Source of the DNA: Desulfobaccales bacterium
GTDB lineage: Bacteria > Desulfobacterota > Desulfobaccia > Desulfobaccales > 0-14-0-80-60-11
Reading direction: 5' to 3'
Assembly: GCA_052326585.1 (NCBI GenBank)
Contig: JBKQLU010000023.1
Span: 7,800-71,799 of the forward strand
DNA length: 64,000 nucleotides
Shown here piece after piece: positions 48,393 through 57,076 of this stretch. Position 1 is the stretch's first letter, and every line of letters begins with the position of its first letter. The notes beneath the pieces are model-generated. The model did not search any database and was not told the origin of the DNA. It was given only the letters and a program-made list of their open reading frames with translations. The position numbers and the translations under genes were made by a program.

Positions 48393-49586
48393 ATGAAAGA
48401 AGCTTGGATTATCGACGCGGTGCGCACGCCGGTCGGCCGCTACGGCGGATGTCTGGCCGGGGTGCGTCCAGACGATATGGCGGCATTGACGCTCAAGACG
48501 CTGGTGGAGCGAGCCGGCATTCCTGCCGCGGAGATCGAAGACGTCTACATGGGTTGTGTAAACCAGGCCGGGGAAGACAACCGCAATATTGCTCGCATGG
48601 CCCTGCTCCTGGCCGGGTTTCCTGACGAGACCGCGGGATGCACGATAAACCGTCTCTGCGCCTCCGGGTTGGAGGCGGTGGCACAAGGATACCGGGCGAT
48701 CCTGGCAGGGGAGGGGGAGGTCTTCATCGGCGCCGGGGTGGAATCGATGACCCGGTCGCCGTGGGTGATGCCGAAGGCCGAGAGGCCATTCCCCCGGGGG
48801 AACCTGACTGTCTTTGACAGCGCTTTCGGATGGCGGTTCACCAACCCGCGCCTGATCGAAATGGGCCATACCGATTCCATGGGAGAGACCGCAGAAAATC
48901 TCGCCGGGCAGTATGGGATCTCGCGTGAGGCCCAGGACCGCTTCGCTTACGGGAGCCAGTTGAAGGCGGTGGCGGCGATGGATGCGGGCCGGTTTCAGAG
49001 AGAGATCGTGCCGGTGCCGGTTAAGCAGGGTATGGTGGAATACGATGAGGGTCCGAGACGCGACACGACCCTGGAAAAGCTGGCGGTCCTCAAACCGTCT
49101 TTCCGGCCGGGCGGCTCGGTAACCGCAGGGAATTCGAGCAGCCTGAACGACGGTGCGGCTGCGGTCCTCGTCGTCTCCGCCGCATATGCCAAGGCCCACG
49201 GCCTCAAACCCCTGGCGCGGATCCGCGCCGCGGCGGTGGCGGGAGTCCCGCCGCGGATCATGGGGATCGGGCCGGTTCCCGCCACAGCGAAAGTCCTCCG
49301 CCGGGCCGGCATCGCCTTTAAGGACCTCGATGTTATCGAACTCAACGAGGCGTTTGCGGCCCAGACGCTGTCCGTATTACAGGAATGGGGCGTCAATGGC
49401 GATGATCCGCGGCTCAATCCCAACGGCGGCGCCATCGCCTTGGGACATCCGCTGGGGTGTTCCGGGGCGCGCATCCTGACGACCTTGCTATATGAAATGG
49501 CGGATCGCGAGTCGGCGCACCTGGGGCTGGCCACGATGTGCATCGGGGTCGGACAGGGGATGGCGATGGTGGTGGAGAAGATTTAG
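48393..49586 (+). CDS. Acetyl-CoA C-acyltransferase (thiolase), PcaF/PaaJ-like
   Basis: 397 aa. IIDAVRTPVGRYGG, the active-site NRLCASGLEA, NPNGGAIALGHPLGCSGAR, and CIGVGQG. Confidence 0.92.
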   Translation: MKEAWIIDAVRTPVGRYGGCLAGVRPDDMAALTLKTLVERAGIPAAEIEDVYMGCVNQAGEDNRNIARMALLLAGFPDETAGCTINRLCASGLEAVAQGYRAILAGEGEVFIGAGVESMTRSPWVMPKAERPFPRGNLTVFDSAFGWRFTNPRLIEMGHTDSMGETAENLAGQYGISREAQDRFAYGSQLKAVAAMDAGRFQREIVPVPVKQGMVEYDEGPRRDTTLEKLAVLKPSFRPGGSVTAGNSSSLNDGAAAVLVVSAAYAKAHGLKPLARIRAAAVAGVPPRIMGIGPVPATAKVLRRAGIAFKDLDVIELNEAFAAQTLSVLQEWGVNGDDPRLNPNGGAIALGHPLGCSGARILTTLLYEMADRESAHLGLATMCIGVGQGMAMVVEKI

Positions 49587-49636
49587 GCGCGGCAATTTCT
49601 CAGCGCCCGGTTGGTATCAGTGCAGAGAGCGGCGGG

Positions 49637-50326
49637 ATGCTTCAGGAAATCATGGATTCCTGGCCCAAGACCTACCAGGAGGCGGTGGCGCTCCAGGAGA
49701 AGCTGAGGCGCAGGGTCCGGCTCCTGCCTTTGCCGCGGCCGCCGCGCCTGGTGGCCGGGGCGGATGCCATCAGCGACCGGGAGAACCGGCGCCTCTTCGG
49801 GGCAGTGGCGGTGTGCCGGTTTCCGGAAATGGAGTTGCTGGAAGAGGCGGAGGCCGAGGCTGAGTGCCCTTTTCCCTACCGCAGCGGGCTCCTCAGTTTC
49901 CGGGAGGTGCCAATCCTGGCGGCGGCGTTTCGGAGGTTAAAGAATAGGCCGGACGTGCTGTTGGTGGATGGCCAGGGGATTGCCCATCCCCGGGGGCTGG
50001 GTCTGGCTTCGCATCTGGGCCTGGTGTTGGAGGTAGCCACCATCGGGGTGGCCAAGAGCCGCCTGGTGGGGCAGGGGCCGGAACCGGCGCCGGAGGCCGG
50101 GGCCGCCAGTCCTTTAATTTATCAGGGAAGGTTGGTGGGCTTGATCCTGCGGACCCGAAAAGACACGAAACCCCTCTACCTCTCTCCCGGGTATCGCATC
50201 ACCCTGGAGGAAAGCCGCGAGATTACCCTGGGCTGCGTTGCCAGGTACCGGATTCCCCTGCCTTTGCGCCGGGCGGATCAGCTAACCCGCCACCTGCGAG
50301 CGGCGGCGCCTCGGGCCAGCCGGTAA
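49637..50326 (+). CDS. nfi: Endonuclease V
   Basis: Start taken at MLQEIMDSWPKTYQEAVALQEKL. RSGLLSFREVP and DGQGIAHPRGLGLASHLG motifs are present. The tracked ORF starts at 49538. Confidence 0.88.
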   Translation: MLQEIMDSWPKTYQEAVALQEKLRRRVRLLPLPRPPRLVAGADAISDRENRRLFGAVAVCRFPEMELLEEAEAEAECPFPYRSGLLSFREVPILAAAFRRLKNRPDVLLVDGQGIAHPRGLGLASHLGLVLEVATIGVAKSRLVGQGPEPAPEAGAASPLIYQGRLVGLILRTRKDTKPLYLSPGYRITLEESREITLGCVARYRIPLPLRRADQLTRHLRAAAPRASR

Positions 50327-50602
50327 AACGGCACTCCCGGCGGCGTCCGGCGCTTCCAGGCTGAAGAGCCGCTCCCGATAGCCCGGGCAGACATGGCCAT
50401 GGGAATTACGGCATTCATGCCGGGCCGCATCCCATTCCCACCACAGGCAATTTTCGCAAGCCCCCTGCCTCTCCTGGTTGAGGCAGATTTTACCCGCCTC
50501 CCCAAAATCCAACATCTCCCCCACCCACATCCCCAAGCATTGCCAGCATTCTTGAAAGGAATGAGCTACCTTGCCGTAGTGCTGAATTACCATTAAACCC
50601 AA
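50282..50602 (-). CDS. Hypothetical Cys/Trp-rich protein (possible Zn-binding)
   Basis: 106-codon ORF with CWQC, CENC and further Cys/His residues. Its 3' end overlaps the nfi 3' end by 45 nt. No family was recognised. Confidence 0.3.
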   Translation of the reverse strand: MGLMVIQHYGKVAHSFQECWQCLGMWVGEMLDFGEAGKICLNQERQGACENCLWWEWDAARHECRNSHGHVCPGYRERLFSLEAPDAAGSAVLPAGPRRRRSQVAG

Positions 50603-50663
50603 TTGTAATGTAAGTCAAATCTTTTTTGGGGCCCCCGGGGGCGGCGACGCGGCCACCGCGCCA

Positions 50664-51122
50664 TCAAAAAAAATCGCTCTTTTTAAAGACCAGGGGTTGG
50701 GCCTGGGGGTGGAGGATCTGGGCCGCCACCACCTCTCCCACGAACAGGGTATGGTCCCCGGCAGGAAAGGTGTCTTTCAGCTTCAGGTCCAGATAGGCGT
50801 AAGCCTGGGGCAGGATGGGGGCCCCAGTGGCTGCGGTGATCCAGTCCAGGCCGGCAAATTTGTCCACCTGGCGGCCGCTCTTAAAGCCGAAACGCTTACC
50901 CAGGTCCGCCTGGCCACTGGCCAGGACATTGATGGCAAAAATGGCGCTCTCCTTGATGAGGCGATGGGAATAGCGGGGCGGGGCAATGGAGACCATCACC
51001 AGCAAGGGCTTGAGAGCCACCTGGGAGACCCAGGCGGCGGTCATGCCGTTGACCTGGTCCTCCAGGCGGGTGGTGACCACATAGACCCCGTGCACCAGGG
51101 CGTTAAAAGCGACTTCTTGCAT
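50664..51122 (-). CDS. Flavin reductase-like (split-barrel) protein
   Basis: 152 aa. HGVYVVTTRLEDQVNGMTAAWVSQV is typical of flavin reductase domains. Confidence 0.8.
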   Translation of the reverse strand: MQEVAFNALVHGVYVVTTRLEDQVNGMTAAWVSQVALKPLLVMVSIAPPRYSHRLIKESAIFAINVLASGQADLGKRFGFKSGRQVDKFAGLDWITAATGAPILPQAYAYLDLKLKDTFPAGDHTLFVGEVVAAQILHPQAQPLVFKKSDFF

Positions 51123-51179
51123 CTTCGGCCTCCGGTCGTTATAAGGGAGCAGGCCTGCCTCTGGCGGCGCCCAGGGAGG

Positions 51180-51356
51180 TTAGGAATTCCCAGTCCCCGT
51201 CCGGGAATGGTCCGGGGGCGTCCCGGTCCACTCCGCACAGTACCAGAACTTGCCGACTCCCTGGCCCAGGCGCTCGCATAACCCCTTGTACTTATAAACC
51301 CAATGGCGGCAGGTGTGGCAGATCTTCAGGGGGCGGGTTGGATCTTGGTTGGCCAT
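51180..51356 (-). CDS. Candidate 58-aa Cys-rich protein (MANQDPTRPLKICHTCRHWVYKYKGLCERLGQGVGKFWYCAEWTGTPPDHSRTGTGNS)
   Basis: Just below the ORF-track cutoff. It has an ATG with AAGGAA upstream, four Cys including CxxC, coding-like third-position G/C, and lies directly upstream of the flavin reductase gene on the same strand. Confidence 0.35.
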   Translation of the reverse strand: MANQDPTRPLKICHTCRHWVYKYKGLCERLGQGVGKFWYCAEWTGTPPDHSRTGTGNS

Positions 51357-51504
51357 ATGAGTGGGCAGTTCCTTTTCTCAGCCTTCGGCTTTCCGATAGC
51401 TGGCGGCGAAGGCTAAAAGCTAAACCTGGTTAGTGGTGAGCGGCCTGGTGATTTCACCAGGGTTTGGCAATTTGCCTTTGGCCTTGGCTGACCGCTTTTT
51501 TATG

Positions 51505-52641
51505 TTAAATTGCTTCGTTCTCCAGGTCAAGCTGGAAATGGTCATATCCGGCCCCGGAGATATCCACCTGGCTAGCGCCGTCAATTAAAGAGACCCGGTC
51601 GCCTGCCACGATCTCTCCCAAAAGCAGGGGCGGCGGCAGCCCGACCCCGGCGAAGGCCTGATGCAGCCGCACCGCCTTACGGGGCGGCGAGGTGAAGAGG
51701 AGCTGGTAGTCTTCACCGCCCATCAGGGCCAGCCGCAGGGGATCGGCCTGCAGGTAAGGGGCGGCGGCCAGCACCCGGGGCGAGACCGGCACCGCAGCCG
51801 CGGGAATCACCGCCCCCACCCCGCTGGCCAGGCAGAGGTGATAGAGGTCGGAGGCCACCCCATCGGAGGTATCGATGGCTGCCGCGGCCAGGGCCTGGCC
51901 GGCCAGGAGGCGCCCGGCCAGCAACTGCGGTTTGGGGGCCAGGTGGGCCGTCACCAGGGCCGCTTGCAGGTCCGCATCCAAGTCAGGGCGCCGTTTCAGG
52001 ACCAGGAGTCCCGCGGCCGCTTCTCCCAGCTCCCCGGTAAGGTAAATCAAGTCCCCCACCCGGGCCCGGTCGCGGCGCAGCATGCGGCGGGCGGGCGCGA
52101 CGCCGGTAAGGGTGACGGTCACTGCCACCCCTCCGGGGGAGGCCACCGTGTCGCCGCCGATGATGGCCACCCCGTACTCCCGGGCGGCCTGAGCCAGGCC
52201 CGCTGCCAGCTCCAGGGCCGGGGCCAGGTCCCGGTCCGGGGGCCAGCCCAGGGAAACCAGGGCATGGAGGGGCTCCCCGCCCATGGCGGCGATGTCGCTC
52301 AGGTTAACCGCCAGGGCCTTCCAGCCCAATTGCGCCAGGGTAGTGTAGGACAGGGAGAAATGCACCCCCTCTACCAGGGTATCCGTGGTCCAAAGGAGGT
52401 TGCCGGCGATTGACTTGAGGCTCACTGCGGCGCAGTCGTCGCCGATGCCCAGAACCACCCCCGGCGGCGGCGGCCCGAAGACTTCGGCCATGGCGCCGAT
52501 GAGGGCGGTTTCCCCGAGCAGGCGGCCGCCCCTCCGTTTCCCGGCTCCGGTTTCCAGGCTGGCGCTGCGGCTCACGGTCAGGGATTCTCCCGGACAGGCC
52601 GCCGCCTTGATGTTGGTGGCGGCCATCCTTAACTTCACCAT
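51505..52641 (-). CDS. thiL: Thiamine-monophosphate kinase
   Basis: LGETALIGAM...GIGDDCAAV, TTDTLVEGVHF and GGDTV motifs are present. The true start is probably downstream of 52641, because the N-terminal about 40 aa are atypical. Confidence 0.85.
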   Translation of the reverse strand: MVKLRMAATNIKAAACPGESLTVSRSASLETGAGKRRGGRLLGETALIGAMAEVFGPPPPGVVLGIGDDCAAVSLKSIAGNLLWTTDTLVEGVHFSLSYTTLAQLGWKALAVNLSDIAAMGGEPLHALVSLGWPPDRDLAPALELAAGLAQAAREYGVAIIGGDTVASPGGVAVTVTLTGVAPARRMLRRDRARVGDLIYLTGELGEAAAGLLVLKRRPDLDADLQAALVTAHLAPKPQLLAGRLLAGQALAAAAIDTSDGVASDLYHLCLASGVGAVIPAAAVPVSPRVLAAAPYLQADPLRLALMGGEDYQLLFTSPPRKAVRLHQAFAGVGLPPPLLLGEIVAGDRVSLIDGASQVDISGAGYDHFQLDLENEAI

Positions 52642-52729
52642 ATCCTAAGCGAGTCCGGGTGGCAAGCGGAACGGACCCCGGGTGCGCCCCTCAGCTGGCC
52701 AAGGCTCTTTCCGGAGAGGAGACAGGCTC

Positions 52730-52957
52730 ATGAAACCGCTCAAGGCCAAACGGGCCTGGGCCGCGGCTTACGACCCCCAGTATTTTCTGCAGATGGCGGA
52801 AGAATATGACGAGGACCGCCTGGAAGAGTTGAACGAATGTCCGGGCTAAGACGATTATGCCGTGGTGCGCGAAGATACTCAGGGGTTTGCCGGAGACCTG
52901 GTGGGCGATTTCCACCTGGACCTTACGGAGCCTTACCGGGCCCTGGTTATGCTGTAA
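52730..52957 (+). pseudogene. Small coding-like ORF interrupted by one in-frame TAA (39 + 35 codons)
   Basis: The ATG at 52730 follows GGAGAGGAGA. MKPLKAKRAWAAAYDPQYFLQMAEEYDEDRLEELNECPG ends at TAA (52847-52849), then DDYAVVREDTQGFAGDLVGDFHLDLTEPYRALVML continues in the same frame to TAA at 52955-52957. Both halves show G/C-rich third positions. Confidence 0.25.
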
Positions 52958-52964
52958 CCGCGCC

Positions 52965-53711
52965 CTATTCCCGGCTGCGCAGCTTCATCAGCAGTCTGAG
53001 GATCTCCAGGTAGAGCCAGATGAGGGTGACCATCAGGGCGAAGGCGCCATACCATTCCATGTATTTGGGCGCCCCTTGCAGGCTCCCCTGCTCGATAAAG
53101 TCAAAGTCCAGGACCAGGTTCAAGGCGGCAATGGTGACCACGACCAGGCTGAAGATGATGCCCAGCGGCCCGGCCCCGTATATCAGAGGCATACGCACCC
53201 CGAACAGGCCCAGGATGAAACTGGCCAGGTAAAATAACATGATGCCGCCGGTGGCCGCCACTACGCCTTTCTTAAAACTCTCGCTGGCCCGGATCAACCC
53301 CGACTTGTAAGCCACCAGCAGCGCCAGGCAGGTCCCGAAGGTGAGGCCCACCGCCTGGATGACGATCCCGGGGTACTGGGCCTCGGCGATGGCGGAGATG
53401 CCGCCGATGACCAGGCCCTCCAGCAGGGCATAGACCGGAGCGGTCACGCCGGCCCAGACCGGTTTGAAAACGGTCACCAGGGCCGCGATGAAGCCGGCGA
53501 TGGCTCCCACCGTCACCAGGGGCATTACCGCCTGCGGGTTCCCGGTCCGGGAAAAGCTGGTCCAGATCCAGGTGGCGGTGATGCAGACGCACAGCAGCAA
53601 CAGCATGGCCTTGGTGGTGGTTCCCTGGATGGACATGGTTTCCCCGGTCCGGGCAACACTGTCCAACCGGGAGAAGTCGAGGCTACTGAGCGCGGGGTTG
53701 CCGGTCCTCAT
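52965..53711 (-). CDS. Bax inhibitor-1/YccA-like membrane protein
   Basis: 248 aa. The MRTGNPALSS start and about 7 TM helices match the BI-1-like family. Confidence 0.8.
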   Translation of the reverse strand: MRTGNPALSSLDFSRLDSVARTGETMSIQGTTTKAMLLLLCVCITATWIWTSFSRTGNPQAVMPLVTVGAIAGFIAALVTVFKPVWAGVTAPVYALLEGLVIGGISAIAEAQYPGIVIQAVGLTFGTCLALLVAYKSGLIRASESFKKGVVAATGGIMLFYLASFILGLFGVRMPLIYGAGPLGIIFSLVVVTIAALNLVLDFDFIEQGSLQGAPKYMEWYGAFALMVTLIWLYLEILRLLMKLRSRE

Positions 53712-53811
53712 GGCGAGATCCTCCCAAGCGGCGGTTGGAGATTTTTACCGGAGTGTACCATCAATCGGCGCGGGGCCCAAGAAAAATGGCCCCGGGGCGC
53801 CTCCGGCCGGT

Positions 53812-55296
53812 TCAGCCCAAGGGTCTGGGTTCGGGGATACTGGCGGGGGTGTCGTAGTTGGCGATGTCCGTCTGCTTGATGAAATAGGTCTGGCAGACGG
53901 AATCCAATCCTGCCGCGCTGAGCCGCGGTTGCTCCCCGAGGAAGCGGGCCCGATCCACCAGGTTTTCCACCAGATCCCGGGGATGACAGGCGGATAAGGG
54001 ACGGGCGGCGCCAACGTAGTAGCGGTTCATGATCTCCCGGACGATTTCCTCGTCGAATTCCATATCCCAGCTCTGACAAACCCGGCGAAAGATGGAGAGG
54101 TACTGACTCGGGGTGACGTAGCCGATAAAGATCTTGTGATGGATGCGCCGTAAAAAGGCTTCGTCCGCCAGGCTGAGGGGGTTCAGATTGGTGGAAAAGA
54201 TGATGAGTTGGTCGAAAGGCACCCCAAACTGTTGCCCGGTGTGGAGGCAGCAGAAGTCCTGGCGGGTTTCCAGAGGATACATCCAGCGGTTGAGGAGTTG
54301 CCGCGGGGACATCTTCTGGCGGCCGAAATCGTCGATGATAAAAATGCCGTTATTGGCTCGGAGTTGCAGGGGCGCTTCATAGTATTTCAGAAGCGGGTTA
54401 AACCTGAGATCTAAAGAATCTTCGGTCATCTCGCCGCCGACGATAACCAGCGGCCGCCGGCACAGGACCCAACGGGAGTCATGCCTGGGTCCCTCGCCGT
54501 TGGTGGGCACCGGTTGATGGTTGACTTCATCGTAGAGCCGGATGATCTGGCCGGAGACATAGAGGGCGTAAGGGATGAAGACCGCGTCCTGGAAGGCGTT
54601 GCCGATGGCGCTGGAGATCACCGTCTTGCCGTTTCCCGAAGGCCCGAAGAGAAATATGGAGCGGCCGCTGTTCACGGCGGGGCCAATCTTGTGCAGGAAG
54701 CCGGGGTCCAACTCAAACTCGGAAAAGACCTCCTGGAGACGGGACAATTCCACTTTCACCTGGTGGATGGTTTGGCGCTCCACCCAGTCCCAGTAGTCTT
54801 CCAGGGGCACCGGGGCCGGACCCACATAGCGGTTGGCTTCCAGGGCCTGCTCGGCGGAAGCTCTGCCCTGTTCGCTCAGGGCGTAAAACATCTCCATGGA
54901 CAACTGGTTGCGGCTGCCCATCAGGTCCCGGGGCCTGGCAAACAAGAGATTTTGATTCTTGAGATAAGCGATCAAGGGCTCCACCAGCTTGGGGGGAATC
55001 CTCAGATCCAGGGTCATCTCCCGGACGGAGAAGGTGTCCCGGTAGTAGGCATGCTTGAGTAAAAGTTGAATCAACAAGGTTTGGCTAAGGCCGGTCTCTT
55101 CCAAGGTCTCGGGAATGGGCGGTTCAGGAGGAAGGAAACCCTTCAGGACCTCCGGCTCCACCAGGTCCAGGTCCAGGAGATGTTTAGCCAGAAAGGCCCG
55201 GTTTCTCTTTTGCTGGAAGAGGGCTGGGGCCAGTTGTTCCGGAGTAAGCACTCCGGCATTGAGAAGGCGTTGCGCCAGGTTCATGGCATCTCCCAA
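53812..55296 (-). CDS. T2SSE_N/MshEN-like N-terminal domain fused to a classical AAA+ ATPase
   Basis: 494 aa. The N-terminus has tandem LAQRLLNAGVLTPEQLAPALFQQ and FLAKHLLDLDLVEPEVLKGFL. The AAA+ part has Walker A GPSGNGKT, Walker B IFIIDDFG, sensor-1 STNLN, and FLRRI. Confidence 0.7.
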   Translation of the reverse strand: MGDAMNLAQRLLNAGVLTPEQLAPALFQQKRNRAFLAKHLLDLDLVEPEVLKGFLPPEPPIPETLEETGLSQTLLIQLLLKHAYYRDTFSVREMTLDLRIPPKLVEPLIAYLKNQNLLFARPRDLMGSRNQLSMEMFYALSEQGRASAEQALEANRYVGPAPVPLEDYWDWVERQTIHQVKVELSRLQEVFSEFELDPGFLHKIGPAVNSGRSIFLFGPSGNGKTVISSAIGNAFQDAVFIPYALYVSGQIIRLYDEVNHQPVPTNGEGPRHDSRWVLCRRPLVIVGGEMTEDSLDLRFNPLLKYYEAPLQLRANNGIFIIDDFGRQKMSPRQLLNRWMYPLETRQDFCCLHTGQQFGVPFDQLIIFSTNLNPLSLADEAFLRRIHHKIFIGYVTPSQYLSIFRRVCQSWDMEFDEEIVREIMNRYYVGAARPLSACHPRDLVENLVDRARFLGEQPRLSAAGLDSVCQTYFIKQTDIANYDTPASIPEPRPLG

Positions 55297-55355
55297 CTAG
55301 CGGGCCAAGGGAGCCGCGTCGCAGCGAGGACAAGAAGAGTTTGCGCGGCCATGGG

Positions 55356-56327
55356 TCAAGCCGTTGCCTCCCGGGCTGGCGCCTCCGCCAAGGTCCGACT
55401 GGTGGAGGGAGGCAGCATCGACTCCTTGATGATTTTTTCGGCCAGATGAGCCAGGGGATCGGCCGCCTTGCTCTTCTTCTGCCCCCAGGGAAGGAGCTTC
55501 ATACTATCGACCGCGGCTTCAATGACCGGGTCGTAGGGCACATGGCCCATGAGTTCCGGATGCAGGTTTAAGAAGTCGGCACACACCGAACGGATGATCT
55601 CCGGGATCTTCAAGTCGGTATTGGACTTCACCATGTTGATCAACAGGTGGATATGATAGTCGGCGAGCAAGCTGCTGAGGCGGTCATATTGGCCGGGGGC
55701 CTTTTCCTTGACCTGGGCCAATAGTTCGCTAACCGTGCCGGTGCCGCCCATCTCCTCGCCGTCCTCACCTTCCGGGTAGAGGAGGTTGATAATCTCTTCG
55801 TCTTTGGAGAATTCCCGGGAGATCTTGCGGTACAGGGCACTTTTGATAAACCCATAGGCGTTTTGGAGGGAGGTGGTCTGGGGACTGAAGAGAATAATCT
55901 TTCCCGCAGAATAATTAAAGAAATCCAGGAGATTGAAGGCGGTGCCGGCTCCCAGGTCCAGGAGGATATACTGGGCCGGCAGGGCTTCGATCTGGTTTAA
56001 TAACCTGATCTTTTGGGAGTAGGTGGGATTGGCCGCGCCCAGGAGATCGTCGGCCCCGCAAATCAGGCCGATGTCCTCCACCTGGGTTTGGATGATGGTA
56101 TCCTCCAGCCGCTCCACCTTTCTCAAAAGAAAATGCTCCAGGGTGACGTGGGGATAGCGCACCCCCATGAGGGTGTGCAGGTTGGCGCCGCCCAGATCTC
56201 CGTCGATGAGGATCACCTTTTTTCCCAGGTGAGCCAGACTGATGCCCAGGCCCAGGGAGATCACACTTTTGCCGATGCCCCCCTTGCCGCCGCCGATGCT
56301 CCAGAGCTTGATCTTATTCTCAGACAA
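55356..56327 (-). CDS. MinD/ParA/FlhG-family P-loop ATPase
   Basis: 323 aa. Deviant Walker A SIGGGKGGIGKS, then ILIDGDLGGANLH and ILLDLGAG. Confidence 0.85.
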   Translation of the reverse strand: MSENKIKLWSIGGGKGGIGKSVISLGLGISLAHLGKKVILIDGDLGGANLHTLMGVRYPHVTLEHFLLRKVERLEDTIIQTQVEDIGLICGADDLLGAANPTYSQKIRLLNQIEALPAQYILLDLGAGTAFNLLDFFNYSAGKIILFSPQTTSLQNAYGFIKSALYRKISREFSKDEEIINLLYPEGEDGEEMGGTGTVSELLAQVKEKAPGQYDRLSSLLADYHIHLLINMVKSNTDLKIPEIIRSVCADFLNLHPELMGHVPYDPVIEAAVDSMKLLPWGQKKSKAADPLAHLAEKIIKESMLPPSTSRTLAEAPAREATA

Positions 56328-56367
56328 TGTCTCCCCCTCGGTATGCCCGGCGCTTAACCGGAATCCT

Positions 56368-57066
56368 TTATGTCTCTTTGCAAAGAAGCAGGATCTGTCC
56401 CAAAACCGCCAGGGTACCCATTACCCAGAAGCTCCAGGCAAGTAGTGGATGGACCCCGGCCCCTCCGGAATGCAGGATTAAGCCGCAAATGAGCAAGGTC
56501 AGCCCGACGAAACCTACCCGGGCAGGAATGGCCACCACCCGTTGGGCGGCAGGCAGTCGGGACTGGTCCCAACGCTCCCACAATCCATGGGTATCCCGGG
56601 GGCGGTGGGGAATATGGTCGTTGAGTAGTTTCTGGGCCGCCGGCGTAGGATGGCCCAGGGCCAGGTCAAGGCTTAACAACCCTTTACCCCGGCCTCGGCT
56701 GAAGTGGTTGACCCGAACCACCTTCCCCAGGAAGTCGACATGGTCCCCGTTCCCGTTGGCCGGCACGCGCAGGCGGCCGCCCTGCCCCTTGAGATCCTCC
56801 CATTTCATTATGGCCAGCGGGTTGACCACTTCCAGGCTGACCCTCCCAGCCGTCAGGTTGCGGATCAGCGCGGGAAATTGCAGCGTCTCTTTCCCGGGGC
56901 GGCCGATTTGCAAAATCACGTCCGGATGATCCCGGCATGATCCTCTGGTTTGGGAGCGGTTAGGCTGGTCATTGAACGACATAAGCTGACCTCTTCCAGA
57001 CCTCGGCAACCGGGTCAATGGATGGCGCTGTGGTTCGAGGCCGCCATCTGCTGGTAAAGTGTTCAC
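56368..57066 (-). CDS. PilZ-like domain protein with two C-terminal TM helices
   Basis: 232 aa (alternative start at 56982). RSQTRGSCR (RxxxR) is followed 25 aa later by RNLTAGRVSLEV, a (D/N)xSxxG-like variant. The C-terminal hydrophobic segments are VGFVGLTLLICGLIL and LLAWSFWVMGTLAVLGQILLL. Confidence 0.5.
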   Translation of the reverse strand: MNTLPADGGLEPQRHPLTRLPRSGRGQLMSFNDQPNRSQTRGSCRDHPDVILQIGRPGKETLQFPALIRNLTAGRVSLEVVNPLAIMKWEDLKGQGGRLRVPANGNGDHVDFLGKVVRVNHFSRGRGKGLLSLDLALGHPTPAAQKLLNDHIPHRPRDTHGLWERWDQSRLPAAQRVVAIPARVGFVGLTLLICGLILHSGGAGVHPLLAWSFWVMGTLAVLGQILLLCKET

Positions 57067-57076
57067 TGGACCTCCA

